A stretch of DNA of 64,000 bases from Zygnema circumcarinatum SAG 698-1b (Eukaryota; Plantae; Zygnematophyceae): NCBI GenBank assembly GCA_037447605.1, contig CM074810.1:558001-622000 (forward strand). Reading direction: 5' to 3'. Position 1 is the stretch's first letter. Each line of letters opens with the position of its first letter. The notes under the pieces are model-generated. The model was not told the origin of the DNA. It searched no databases and saw only the letters and a list, made by a program, of their open reading frames with translations. The translations under genes and the position numbers were made by a program. Shown here in pieces: positions 12,901-24,507 of this stretch.

Positions 12901-13148
12901 GAGATGAAGAGGAGAAGTTAAGGTTTTCACTTCCCACTGGATTGGGATCGTTAGGGTTTCTCCGAGAGGGAGAAGGAAAGAAAGTTGAACTTGTAGCGTT
13001 GGGAACACATCAGTATGGAGAGCCGCATGCGGAGGAGATGAAGGGTGGTGTGGAGGGCTCATCCGCACCACTAGAGAGGGAGGAAGTGAGGGAGAGGGAG
13101 AGGGAGAGGTTGAGGGAGAGCGAGAGGGAGAGGGAGCAGACGAGGTAG
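6941..13148 (+). CDS. Type-I membrane protein of 762 aa: signal peptide, beta-rich/EGF ectodomain, one TM helix, ATL-type RING-H2 E3 ligase
   Basis: 12 GT-AG exons with all phases consistent, 2289 nt in total: 6941-6995, 7937-8245, 8686-8829, 8946-9047, 9358-9434, 9962-10241, 10639-10761, 10994-11102, 11480-11712, 11886-12028, 12269-12375, 12542-13148. EGF1 [28 protein letters not shown]; EGF2 [32 protein letters not shown]; [24 protein letters not shown]; GLD-like [12 protein letters not shown]; [38 protein letters not shown]. Confidence 0.9.
9441..9875. repeat. (CCCCT/CCCCCT)n microsatellite in intron 5 of the EGF-RING gene
   Basis: Directly visible; it explains the spurious Pro-rich and Gly-rich ORFs here. 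Confidence 0.95.
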
Positions 13149-13398
13149 CCCGGGAGAGATGTGAAGACTGTAGGAGAGAGAGGTGAGCCTCCTTGGATCT
13201 GCTTCTTGATCACGATTTGGATGTCGACGATTCGGTAGCTGAGGATGAATTTTTGTCTACTTCATCCTTTAATGAAGGAGGAGGCTCCCTAATGAGAGCG
13301 TGTATCTGTAAATTGTAGTTCCGTTTGCAGTTTAACGGGTACAGGAAGGATTAGGGTTGATATATAATTCCATAAAACTGATGGTCGAGGAGAAGCCG

Positions 13399-13795
13399 TT
13401 CCCTGGAAACTGTCGGTGGGGCCTCACTCTTCCGACACGTGACTTCTTAAGCAAGAATGACTGTTCCACGGGGATCGCGTTTTCAGTGTTACCGTTTCAG
13501 TTCAGGGTACTTTGCGCGTTCTATGTTTGCCATTGATAGCGTTTATCAACGGTGCCTTTGGGGCTCAGAGCTTTCGAATATTCTAGGTTGTTGGGTTTTC
13601 CCTGGAAACGGTCGGTAGGGCCTCACTCAACCGACATGTGACTTCTTAAGCAAGAAAGACTGTTTTCCATGGGGATCCCATTTCCTGTGTTACCGTTTCA
13701 TTTCAGAATACTTCTACCTTTGCAAATTATTAGCGGTTATTTAACGGTGCCTTCGGGTTCGAGCTTTTGGATGTACTAGGTTTTGGGGTTGTAGG
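13399..13795. repeat. Diverged tandem pair with a unit of about 199 bp, downstream of the EGF-RING gene
   Basis: Both copies begin TTCCCTGGAAAC(T/G)GTCGGT and share GTGACTTCTTAAGCAAGAA, GTGTTACCGTTTCA and AACGGTGCCTT, with many substitutions between them. Confidence 0.85.
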
Positions 13796-14489
13796 GTTTT
13801 AGCACTTGAAGGTTTTTTAGGGTGCGAGAAATAAAGGTTTCATGTGAACACGTTGAAATGGAAAGAAGGCATTCTCCTGCAATTTCCTTTTCAGGCTCTC
13901 TTCCTCCCCCACCTCTCTCTCTCTCTCCCCCTCTCTATCTCCCCCCTCCCTCGCCCTCTACACCCCCTCCCCCCTCCCCCTCCAATCCCTCGCCCTCTGC
14001 CTCTCCCACTCCATCTCCCACTCTAAACATTTATCATGATTGTGAGCGTCTAAGAATTCAAGGCAACAAGGGTTTGGTCTTGTTTCCCGGTTATCTGAAG
14101 ACATCCGAGTTCTTAAAAAAATATCAACGCGCTCAGCAGTACAAGGGTTCCCAATGTGGAACTCCCCATGACACTTGTTTCGAGGTCTATGAAGGGCGTA
14201 CTGCTTTCAACCACTCCAGTTCTTACCTATGAAAACTTCTAGGGTTTTTATGGCTTGCAACACTCAAATTTCAGAGATTGCAAGGTTCTAAGTACTATAA
14301 GAGTTTGCAAAAAATAAAAGCGGTAAAGAAAAGAGGGTCAAGCACTAGCAAAGATAGGCGGCTCCTCAAATTCTGCGCATTCTGCTGAACCCCAACTATT
14401 GCATATCCTCTTCACCTACTCGAAGAGGGTTCTGTGAAACCTCTGAACACCCATTGACCAATCCGGTTTTGCTGCTCTGCCATGTCAGC

Positions 14490-14765
14490 AGCCAATGGTT
14501 GCAACCATTGGCTCTGGACCTAGCCAACCATTGCAAATGGCTGCAACCATCGGTTGGTGGATCCAGACAGCCATATACATGTCGCACCATTGGATCGGCA
14601 ACCATTGGACAACCATCGGATGGCAATGGTTAAACTTTCCAATGGTTCGCAACCATTGCAATGGTTGATCCAATGGTCCAGTGGTTGCAACCATTGCTTG
14701 GCTGACAGCCAGCGACGGCTAATGGTTGCAACCATTTCAACCATTGTCTGAACCAATGGTTGGAC
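14490..14765. repeat. Array of AATGGTTG/CAACCATT half-sites and palindromes
   Basis: 24-bp perfect palindrome at 14490-14513, 16-bp perfect palindrome at 14721-14736, and more than 10 further half-sites. Confidence 0.85.
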
Positions 14766-15477
14766 CGCTGCAGTGACGAAATACCGTACAGTTTCGAACA
14801 CACTCGAATTTGCCGGTGCCGGCACACATTCTGCCGGTCATATCCGATACGATGGCGATATGCCGATACTGTCTTCAGGATATGTTCACACTTCAAATGT
14901 AGAATTATAATCCAAAGCGACATTCGTAAAGCTAACGGCTTCAGAGCCTTACACGTGACAGCGCTGACTTGTAGTCGGTGGCTTCTGATTGGTTGTGACC
15001 ATCTGCATTGTAAGAAGTGCGGTTTGTCGATGTGATTTTAACACTCCCAGCCAATAGCGGTGTGCGTCCTGCTTCATCCAATACGAAACAGTCACGTGTC
15101 AGCCCATAGCCGCCTTCAATAACTATCGACCAATGAGCGCGCGCGGTAGAGTGGATTTGGATCCACTGCTGCATAGATTATGGTAGATCCATAGGTTGAC
15201 CTGTAAGGGGAAGCTGCTGTCCGTACACTCCCTCTCCTCCCACCCTCTCCTCCCTCTCCCTCTCCCTCTGCCTCTCCCCCTCGGCCTCACTCGCTCTCCC
15301 TCACCCTCTCCCCTCTTATCTTAATTTTTAACCCAATACTATAAAAAAACACGCACACTTTCAATTTGTCTCCTCCAGATTAAACTTTAACAATATACTT
15401 CGATTTAGAATAAGTTTTTTTTTTAAATTTAATTTTGAACGTTTTTATCTGGCCTCCTGAATTCCCCACTTGATCCA

Positions 15478-17248
15478 ATGAGGCCCATTTTTTTCAAAAA
15501 ACTTGATTCTACTTTAACTTCCGCCGCTAAAAGCATCTTCTCCCACCCCGACGCCGCCAAGGACTCGCAATGCGGGTCCGAAATTACAAATTATTCGAGA
15601 GAAGAGGGGCAAGCAGATGATAGGGATCAATCTAATAATAATCAAGGAACAACCGAGACGGAAATTGATCCTTATTTCAAATCTGATCCGGCTCTTAATC
15701 TTGAGCGGAATTCCCTCGGTGGGGAGATCCAATCGCTGCTCAGTATAGCTGCTCCCCAGATTCTGGCTGCAATTTTTCAGGTGAATTTTAAACAGATAAA
15801 TGAATTATGCGAAATGAATACGTTTCGGCATCAAAGTTGTCAATAGCGGTTCAAATTTCAGGTTTAATGAACTGAGATAGATGAAACAGAATGCGGAAAA
15901 CAAGCTGGTACTTGATCAAACGGCGGAGAGATATGGGAGCAAGAGAAGTGGCACAATGGGGAGGGAGAGGGCGACAGAGAGAGATGAGAGGGACAGAAAG
16001 AGGAAGGGAAGCATGAAAGAGAGGGAGAGGAAGAATACGGTAAAGGAGACGGAGAGGCGAAGGGATAAAGACGGAGAGAAAGAGGGTAGAGAGAGAGGAG
16101 GGAGGCTGGGAAGGCGAGAGGCTCTAGGGACACTAGGGATGGAGGGAGAAAAAGGAAAAAACTTAGGAGGCGGATAGCAGATAGTGGAGCAACGAGAGGA
16201 GAACAGGAAGAGTGAGAGAGCGAGAGGGAGAGGAGGGGGGGATGGGGGGAGGATGGGCGGGGAAGAGGGAGAGAGACAGAGACAAGGGACTTGAGACCCT
16301 GCGCCCTGAAATTGCTGATTTTGGAATTGGTGGTTTAGCCGTGTTTTTGACAGCTTATAAAGTTTTAAAACGTTCTATGCAGCTCCATTCATTACCTTGC
16401 CTTTGTTCGCCTATTTGATTCTTGATTTTGTCCCTTTGTGGGCAGGCCATGTTCGGCATCATCAGTTTGAGCTTCGCAGGGGGGCTCTGCGACATCGATC
16501 AAACCGCAATCTCTCTGGGCGTGAGCATAGCGCAGAGCACGGGCTTCGCTTTGCAGGTAGCTCTCTCTCTCTCTCTCTATCACTCGCACCCTCCCTCTCT
16601 CTCTAGCTCTCTCAGAAGCTCTCTCTAGCTCTCGCTCTCTCTCCCTCTCTATCTCCCACACTCTCGCCCTCTCTCTCTCCGTCTTCCTCAATCGCACACA
16701 CACAACATTGCATCATCCCACTCTCGTTCCCGGCTTTCAGAAAAAAGAGCATCATGGAGGGAAGGTGGCAGATTTCCCTCTCCTCCCCTCCCCTCCCCNN
16801 NNNNNNNNTCTTGGTGCTCCTATTGGCGCTGCCGACCGCCGCGCTCTTTTGGTTCAGCGCCGACATTTTGGTCAGCTTCGGTCAAGACCTGGCCGTCGCC
16901 CAATCAACGCGCTTCGTCCTCCTTTGGATTCTTCCGGGAATGCTCGCATACGGATGTTTTCTATGCATTTCGCACTTTTTACAGGCAAGTTGAATATATG
17001 TTATTTCTTCCTCTCTCTCTCTCACTCTTTCTCTCTCTCGCTCCACCTCCCTTTTTTCTTTTCTCTTACTCCTCTTAGTGTTTCCTGCATCTCTCTTTCC
17101 GTGTAAAGATGCTCTTTGTATGTCATTCCGTTCCTCCCTGGTGTCAACAGCCATATCTCCTGTTCCATGTGCACCAGAACCCTCAGTTTCACAGGCTGAA
17201 CCGTTTTACCTCTCCCCTCCCCACCTCTCTCTCTCTCTCTCTTTTTCC

Positions 17249-17288
<40 letters not shown>

Positions 17289-20200
17289 GGCACAGCGCCG
17301 CGTGTTGCTTACGTCGCTTTCGTCAGCAGCCGCCTTGGCGCTGCAATATCCGCTCACCCTCTTTTTTGTGGAAAGGTAAGCCTGTTGGCTCTACCAAGTA
17401 AGGAATGTGGGAAAGGGAGCGAAGGAAGAAGGGGCAAGAGAGCTTAGTGGTGGGGAAGAGAAGCGAGTGAAAATGTTTCTCTATCTCACTCTCTCTCTCT
17501 CATACACTCACTCATCCTCTCTCCCTCTTTCCCCCCCCCCTTGTTTCTAATTTTCTTCCTTGCCGTCCTCTCCCCCCAACCACTCCACCTTCATCCTGCT
17601 CTTTGTATTCTCTATTTATTTCTCCCTCCTCTCTCCCCGTTTCTCTGCCTCCCACTCTGTCTCTCTCTCGTTTTGTCACCTCCCTCCCCTCACCTCCTTC
17701 ACTCTCTTTCCTGCCCATCTCCTCTCCCCCTCTCGCCTGTCTCGTCCCTCTCACCCTCTCTCCTTTGCTCCTCTTTCTTCCCCTCCACTCCACTTCCCTC
17801 TCCCACCTCCCTCAGTGCTTGCTCACGTGCCACTCCACCTTTCCTCCCACCTCCCTCTCACTCCCTCTCACTCCCTCTCCCCCTCTCTCCCACTCTCCCT
17901 CTCTCTCCCTCTCTCTCCCTCTCTCTCCCTCTCTCTCCCTCTCCCTCCCTCCCCCTCCCTCTCTCTCCCACAACCCCGTAGTCTTTATAACCTTCATGCT
18001 TTCCGTATTTCTTACCCCCCCCCCCCCCCACATATGTTATTCGCAGATTGAAGCTGGGGTTGTTCGGCGTGGTGTTGGGGTACTCCGGCACGTACATAGC
18101 GATGCTGGCGGCGATGCTGCTCGGCCTGCGCTGTACGGCCTATTGGCGCGACGCGTGGGGGGGGTGGGACAGCGCCGCGTTCACGCGCATCGGACCGTTC
18201 ATCAAGATCGGAGCGCCCTCCATCATCATGACATGGTGCGTGGGCTTCTAGAAGAAAATAGCGAAGGAGAAAAAATGCATACTCGAGATGTATAGTATTA
18301 TACGGGGCAGGCATACTCGATATGTAATGTATGTTTTTATTTATTATTTTTTTTTTGTTTGAGAGGGCGCAGCGCCGAAGTGGGGCCTTGGGCATCTGTG
18401 GTGATCGTCGCGGGGCTGTTGCCCAACGCTGAACTGGAACTGGACGTGCTTTCCGTGTGGTAAATTTCCGTTATAACATTTCTCTTCGCCTTTTATTGTG
18501 CTTAGACTTAATCATGTTCGATTTAGTGGTATGCAAAGAAATGCAGGCATTTTTTTAACCTCTTTTGAATTAAGTCAGGTTTCTGACCTAATCTCTAACT
18601 TTGTGTCATTTTTCCAAAGGGGAAAAGGCGAAAGACTTTCCAGCTTACTAGCTTTGTTGTATTTCCGTTTTTTTTGTTTAACTGAAAACTGACGTGTTCC
18701 ATGTAATGCTTGAGCAGTAACGTCGTAACGTCAATCTTCCTTTTGCCTGCGCTCGCCTTCAGCAGTACTGTGAGGTGAGAACAGTGTGGAAACAACCATG
18801 AACTAGGGAGGAAAGGAGTGAGAGGGAGGGGAGGAGAATGAGCGAGAGAGATAAGGAGCGGGAGTGGTAGAAATAGGGAGGGCAATAGAGACGGAAAAGG
18901 AAGGGGGGGGGAGCGGCCTGGAGCGGATAGCGCGAATGAGAGAGAGAGAAGGAGGGGCACTTGAAATGTAGGCGACAAAGAAATTCTCTCGAGCCACACC
19001 TCTCGCTCCTCTCACTCATCCCTCATTTCCCTCCTCACAACCCCTCTTAGCGCTTTTGCTCCGTTCCTTCTCCCTTCCTCCTCCTTCCTTCTTCCCCCTT
19101 CCTTCCATCTCCCTCCCTCAACTTCCTTCTTTCCTCTTCACCCCATTCCACTTCCGTCGCCCTCCCTCCTCTTCCTCCCCCCCCATCCCTCCTCTTCCTC
19201 CCCCCTCCATCCATCTCCCTCCCTCCTCTTCCATCCTTCGCCAACCGTCTCTATCCCTTCTCTCCCTGCCCCCCCCAATCCGTCTCCCTCCCTGCCCTAC
19301 CTCCCCCCCCCAATCCCACCTCTTCCTCCTTCCCCTCCCATCCGACTCCCTCACTCCGCTTTCGCCTCCTCCGCCTTCCTTCTCCCACCCTCCTCTTTCT
19401 CTTTCCCCCCTCCAGCCCTATTATTCCCCCGACCCCCATCCGTCTCCCTCCATCCTCTTCCTCCCCCCACCCCCCATCCCTCCTCTTCCTCCCCCTAATC
19501 CCACATCCCTCCCCTTCCTCCCCCTCCCCCCCATCCGTCTCCCTCCATCCTCTTCCTCCCCCCACCCCCCATCCGTCTCCCTCCCCCGTCCTCCCCCCAC
19601 CCCCCATCCCTCCCCTTCCTCCCCCTCCCCTCCATCCTCCCCCTCCCTCCCCGCCTCCCTCCCTCCCTCCCTCCCTATCTTTATGTAACCCTTGTCCTCC
19701 TCTCGGTCCGGTTGGTGCGCAGCACGCGCGTGGGCACGGAGGTGGGCGCGGGGCGGCCCGCGGCGGCGCGGTTTGCGGCGCGCGTGGCGGGGGGCGTGGC
19801 GGCGCTGTGCGCGGCCGCGCCGGCGGTCTCGTTCGCGTGCGCGGCGCGCGGGTGGGCCGCGCTCTTCGCGGAGGACCGGACCGTGCAGGGCGCGCTGGCG
19901 AGGGCCGTGCCGCTGCTCGCGCTCACCTGCATGGCCTACGCGCTGCAGCAGCCCATGTCAGGTGCAACACACTNNNNNNNNNNCCCCCCCCCCCCCCAAC
20001 TCCCTCGCCCACTCCCTCTTCCTCTACCTCTCTCTCCCTCTTCCTTCCCCCTCCTTGCCTTCCCCATTCTCTCCCTTACATTCTCTCGCTCCTTCTCCCC
20101 CGGCAGGGGTACTGGCTGGGCCTCACGTTGGGTCTGCTCGTTCTAGCGGTCGCTGAGGTCCTTGTCGTGCACTTCACCGATTGGCCCGCGCAGGTAAGAC

Positions 20201-20575
20201 CTTCCCCCCCCAAACCCTAAAGAAAATAAGTTTTACCTAAGGGGCTGAAAAGGAACAAGCCGAAGATGTTTAAGCCCAGATAGTGGTTACTTTTGCAATA
20301 ATTATGCTCTTTTTAAGGGGATATAAAACGCTTAGAAGTGAAATTTGGAACTGCTCCGTTTGCTTAGCCCGTAATGGAGATTTCAGGAAATGCGTTTTAA
20401 CTCGATCGGGTGAATGATCTTGCTTCATTTTCATTTTCAGTTTCAGTTTCGGTTTGATTCTGAAGAAGCAAAACTTTTGTTTGGGGTGTAGGTCATAAGG
20501 GCTATAAAAATTATTGACTCTGAATTTCCCCAAGAGGTAAATAATGAACAACGACGACAGATGGAGGAGGCGTAG
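15478..20575 (+). CDS. MATE/DTX family efflux transporter; some exons lost in assembly gaps, 3' end tentative
   Basis: Exons encode GEIQSLLSIAAPQILAAIFQ, AISLGVSIAQSTGFALQ, FGQDLAVAQ..LPGMLAYGCFLCISHFLQ|AQ, IGPFIKIGAPSIIMTW, AGLLPNAELELDVLSV, STRVGTEVGAGRPAAARFAA and GYWLGLTLG..TDWPAQ, all typical MATE motifs. N gaps at about 16799 and 19974. Confidence 0.88.
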
Positions 20576-20849
20576 CCGCTCTGCTCGAACGCGTCTTATG
20601 GATATTTATCCACCACTTGCATTTTCTCTTCCAAAAAATAAAACAAATCATGTGTAAATATTGGGAACGTCATCGTTCCTTTTTTTTGTCCCCTTCGTGT
20701 AGAAAAAAAAAACTTGTTTATATGTTACCTTTATTCGAAGCAAGCTTTTTGAAAGGTTCTTAGTTCTTTGCTTTAGGGTTAAGCTGTGCGTTCAAAGCGT
20801 AGGGATGTAAATAGCGGATATGTTTTGTGAGGAGCTGATGTAGGCATGT

Positions 20850-21172
20850 CCCCTCTGGCTGTTATATGTAGATTTTTTCTCTCCGGCTGCTACATGTAAA
20901 TTTTTTCTTTGAGGTCCCCAGAAAGGAAAGTAGTCTTGATGTCCAACTAGTGGATGTGCATGCCATCTTTAGCTATGATGGAGATCAACGCTTAGAGTGA
21001 GTTGAACTTGACCACGGGTGCAAAGGTCTCAAAATAGTCTATCCTGTACTATTGTGAGAACCCTTTGGCCATTAACCGCGCCTTGAATCTGTTTACGCTC
21101 CCATTTGATTTCCTTTTAACCTTGAAGATCCATTTGCAACCTATAGCTTTTTGTCTTGGGGACAGCGTATAT
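20850..21172 (-). pseudogene. Ty1/copia reverse-transcriptase relic
   Basis: Reads KAIGCKWIFKVKRKSNGSVNRFKARLMAKGFSQ*YRIDYFETFAPVVKFNSL*ALISIIAKDGMHIH*LDIKTTFLSGDLKEKIYM*QPE, the RVT_2 signature with in-frame stops and a short duplicated EKIY.*QPEG end. Confidence 0.93.
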
Positions 21173-21344
21173 TGAAATGGTATAAATGTACTTGTGCCTT
21201 TTTTTTTGCGGTTGCCTTTTGCCTTTTGCAACCGAGAAGAGGAGAGAAGAGGAGGGCAGGGGAAGGGCCGGGGCAGGGAGGGGCGGAGAGGGGAGAAGAT
21301 CTCTTCTCCCGAAAGATCCAAAGAGGGGGTGGGGGGGGGGGGGG

Positions 21345-24300
21345 CAGTCATTAGCCAAAATAGGGGGAGTCAGACCTTGACCATCGCTTACGAAATTGAA
21401 AGATTCCCTATACGGAAAGGTATTGATTTCGATTCCAGGTTTCGGGTCGGAAACCGCGGCTCTGTCATGTCCCCCAAAATACTGAATTCCGCTCGCCGGA
21501 GGCCCTGCGTTTCGGTTTTGTTGAAAAGGCAGCAAATCCGCCGATGAGGAATCGTGCCCCGCCTTGTCGCCATGCGCGTCACGCACGTGCGAGCGCCTCA
21601 CCGCCGCCGCCCGGACGCCGCGACCGGCGCCGGCCGGGAAGGGGTGTTTTGATCCAAAAAAGGGGTGGAAATAACACTTCCCCGAAAATATTAGGGGAAG
21701 TGTTATTAGGGGGTTAGGGGGGGGGGTTTATTAGGGGGGTTATTAGGGGGGGGGTTATTAGGGGCTTATAATTCTTGTTGTTAGGGGGGTTTACTGTACT
21801 ACTTCCGTACACTCGCATCTCTAACCTCTGCAAGATACATCTAACCTCACTAGAGAGTCTATGGCCCACAAAACGTTGTACAGTCTCTAGTGTTGTACAA
21901 CACCCTCCACTCTCCCTCTCCTTTCCCTCCCCCCTCTCTCTCCCCCTCACCCTTTCTCTCCCCTCACGCTCCCTCCCCTCCTCCCTCCCTCTCCCTCTCC
22001 CTCTCGTAACAGATGCACAGAGAGAAGCTTGGGTCCTTTGTGAGCGGTTCCTCGTGGTTCCCCATGTTGCTGTTTCTGTGCGTGCACATTGAAAGAATTT
22101 GAATGGGTCGGAGCAGTGAGCGAAGCGAGCGCTGAGCTGGCTCACCACAATGGCTACGACATGAATGGGACATGGGCAACAACAACAACAACATGGGGAA
22201 CCGCAAGGAAGCGGTCACAAAGGACCTAAAGACAAAAGAGAGAAGCGCTCTAAGCGAGAACATGCTTCTAGGCCCAACAACGAAACATGTACAACAACAA
22301 AAACAAGCTTGATGTCCAATATTGTACATTTGGTGACCCATGTTGTTGTTGTTTTCCATTTTCATTTCATGCCCTCGCCATCGTGAGACCCATGCCAAGA
22401 CCATTTCTTCCCACCAAAATTTCATACTCCATCCAGCCGATCCTTGTGCGAAATTTGTACGGTAACTTCCATTAACACGGAACACCGCCGTTCAGTATCC
22501 GTGGAACTGCCCGTTGGAACGCTACTGCGACATGTGACTCCGTGCCCTGAACCCTCAAACTTGGCGTCCCCGCACTGAGCCCTCCTCTCCCCATCTCCCC
22601 CATTAGGGTTCAGAGCAGGAGGCCCTTCCGCAGGCCACGTGGCGCGCGGAGGTTGGCTGGGTTTTAGGGATTAGGGTTTAGCGTGGGGTTCAGGGCCGGG
22701 GAGGAGGAAGGGTACGGACGAGTGCAGCAGGCAGCCATGAAGCTCGTGAGGTGGGTGAGCAGGAACAATGAAAAAAGTAATAGTAATAATAATAAATTAT
22801 GAGGAGTTTTTAGTTTCTTTTAATGTAATTTCGTTTTTTGCGTATTGTGTAGAGGGATATTATAATTTTTTTTGTATTTTGGAAATTTTTGGAGATGGGT
22901 TTGAAGGTTTGGGGGGGGGGGGGGGGNNNNNNNNNNGGGGGGGGGGGGGGCAGTCATTAGCCAAAATAGGGGGAGTCAGACCTTGACCATCGCTTACGAA
23001 ATTGAAAGATTCCCTATACGGAAAGGTATTGATTTCGATTCCAGGTTTCGGGTCGGAAACCGCGGCTCTGTCATGTCCCCCAAAATACTGAATTCCGCTC
23101 GCCGGAGGCCCTGCGTTTCGGTTTTGTTGAAAAGGCAGCAAATCCGCCGATGAGGAATCGTGCCCCGCCTTGTCGCCATGCGCGTCACGCACGTGCGAGC
23201 GCCTCACCGCCGCCGCCCGGACGCCGCGACCGGCGCCGGCCGGGAAGGGGTGTTTTGATCCAAAAAAGGGGTGGAAATAACACTTCCCCGAAAATATTAG
23301 GGGAAGTGTTATTAGGGGGTTAGGGGGGGGGGTTATTAGGGGGGTTATTAGTTATTAGGGGCTTATAATTCTTGTTGTTAGGGGGGTTTACTGTACTACT
23401 TCCGTACACTCGCATCTCTAACCTCTGCAAGATACATCTAACCTCACTAGAGAGTCTATGGCCCACAAAACGTTGTACAGTCTCTAGTGTTGTACAACAC
23501 CCTCCACTCTCCCTCTCCTTTCCCTCCCCCCTCTCTCTCCCCCTCACCCTTTCTCTCCCCTCACGCTCCCTCCCCTCCTCCCTCCCTCTCCCTCTCCCTC
23601 TCGTAACAGATGCACAGAGAGAAGCTTGGGTCCTTTGTGAGCGGTTCCTCGTGGTTCCCCATGTTGCTGTTTCTGTGCGTGCACATTGAAAGAATTTGAA
23701 TGGGTCGGAGCAGTGAGCGAAGCGAGCGCTGAGCTGGCTCACCACAATGGCTACGACATGAATGGGACATGGGCAACAACAACAACAACATGGGGAACCG
23801 CAAGGAAGCGGTCACAAAGGACCTAAAGACAAAAGAGAGAAGCGCTCTAAGCGAGAACATGCTTCTAGGCCCAACAACGAAACATGTACAACAACAAAAA
23901 CAAGCTTGATGTCCAATATTGTACATTTGGTGACCCATGTTGTTGTTGTTTTCCATTTTCATTTCATGCCCTCGCCATCGTGAGACCCATGCCAAGACCA
24001 TTTCTTCCCACCAAAATTTCATACTCCATCCAGCCGATCCTTGTGCGAAATTTGTACGGTAACTTCCATTAACACGGAACACCGCCGTTCAGTATCCGTG
24101 GAACTGCCCGTTGGAACGCTACTGCGACATGTGACTCCGTGCCCTGAACCCTCAAACTTGGCGTCCCCGCACTGAGCCCTCCTCTCCCCATCTCCCCCAT
24201 TAGGGTTCAGAGCAGGAGGCCCTTCCGCAGGCCACGTGGCGCGCGGAGGTTGGCTGGGTTTTAGGGATTAGGGTTTAGCGTGGGGTTCAGGGCCGGGGAG

Positions 24301-24507
24301 GAGGAAGGGTACGGACGAGTGCAGCAGGCAGCCATGAAGCTCGTGAGGTGGGTGAGCAGGAACAATGAAAAAAGTAATAGTAATAATAATAAATTATGAG
24401 GAGTTTTTAGTTTCTTTTAATGTAATTTCGTTTTTTGCGTATTGTGTAGAGGGATATTATAATTTTTTTTGTATTTTGGAAATTTTTGGAGATGGGTTTG
24501 AAGGTTT
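21345..24507. repeat. Near-identical tandem duplication (21345-22910 and 22951-24507) across a 10-N gap, containing the SmD1 promoter and first exon
   Basis: By eye the copies are identical except for a 9-bp difference in the TTATTAGGG tract. Each copy is bounded by poly-G. Confidence 0.9.

Noticed and set aside
13360-13810. Telomerase RNA, snRNA or TPP riboswitch identity for the tandem pair
   Set aside because: No plant USE (TCCCACATCG), no Sm site or U-snRNA signature, and no complete TPP core. Retained only as an unclassified finding.
15782-19720. Intron-bridging GA/CT complementary repeats as a general splicing mechanism
   Set aside because: Some MATE introns have purine-then-pyrimidine halves, but most introns in the window are only CT-rich or only GA-rich, so there is no consistent pattern.
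21116-22486. ORFs within the duplicated unit (e.g. MRRSHVRDAHG.., MGHGQQQQQHG..)
   Set aside because: No recognisable homology or splice support; they lie in SmD1 upstream DNA.
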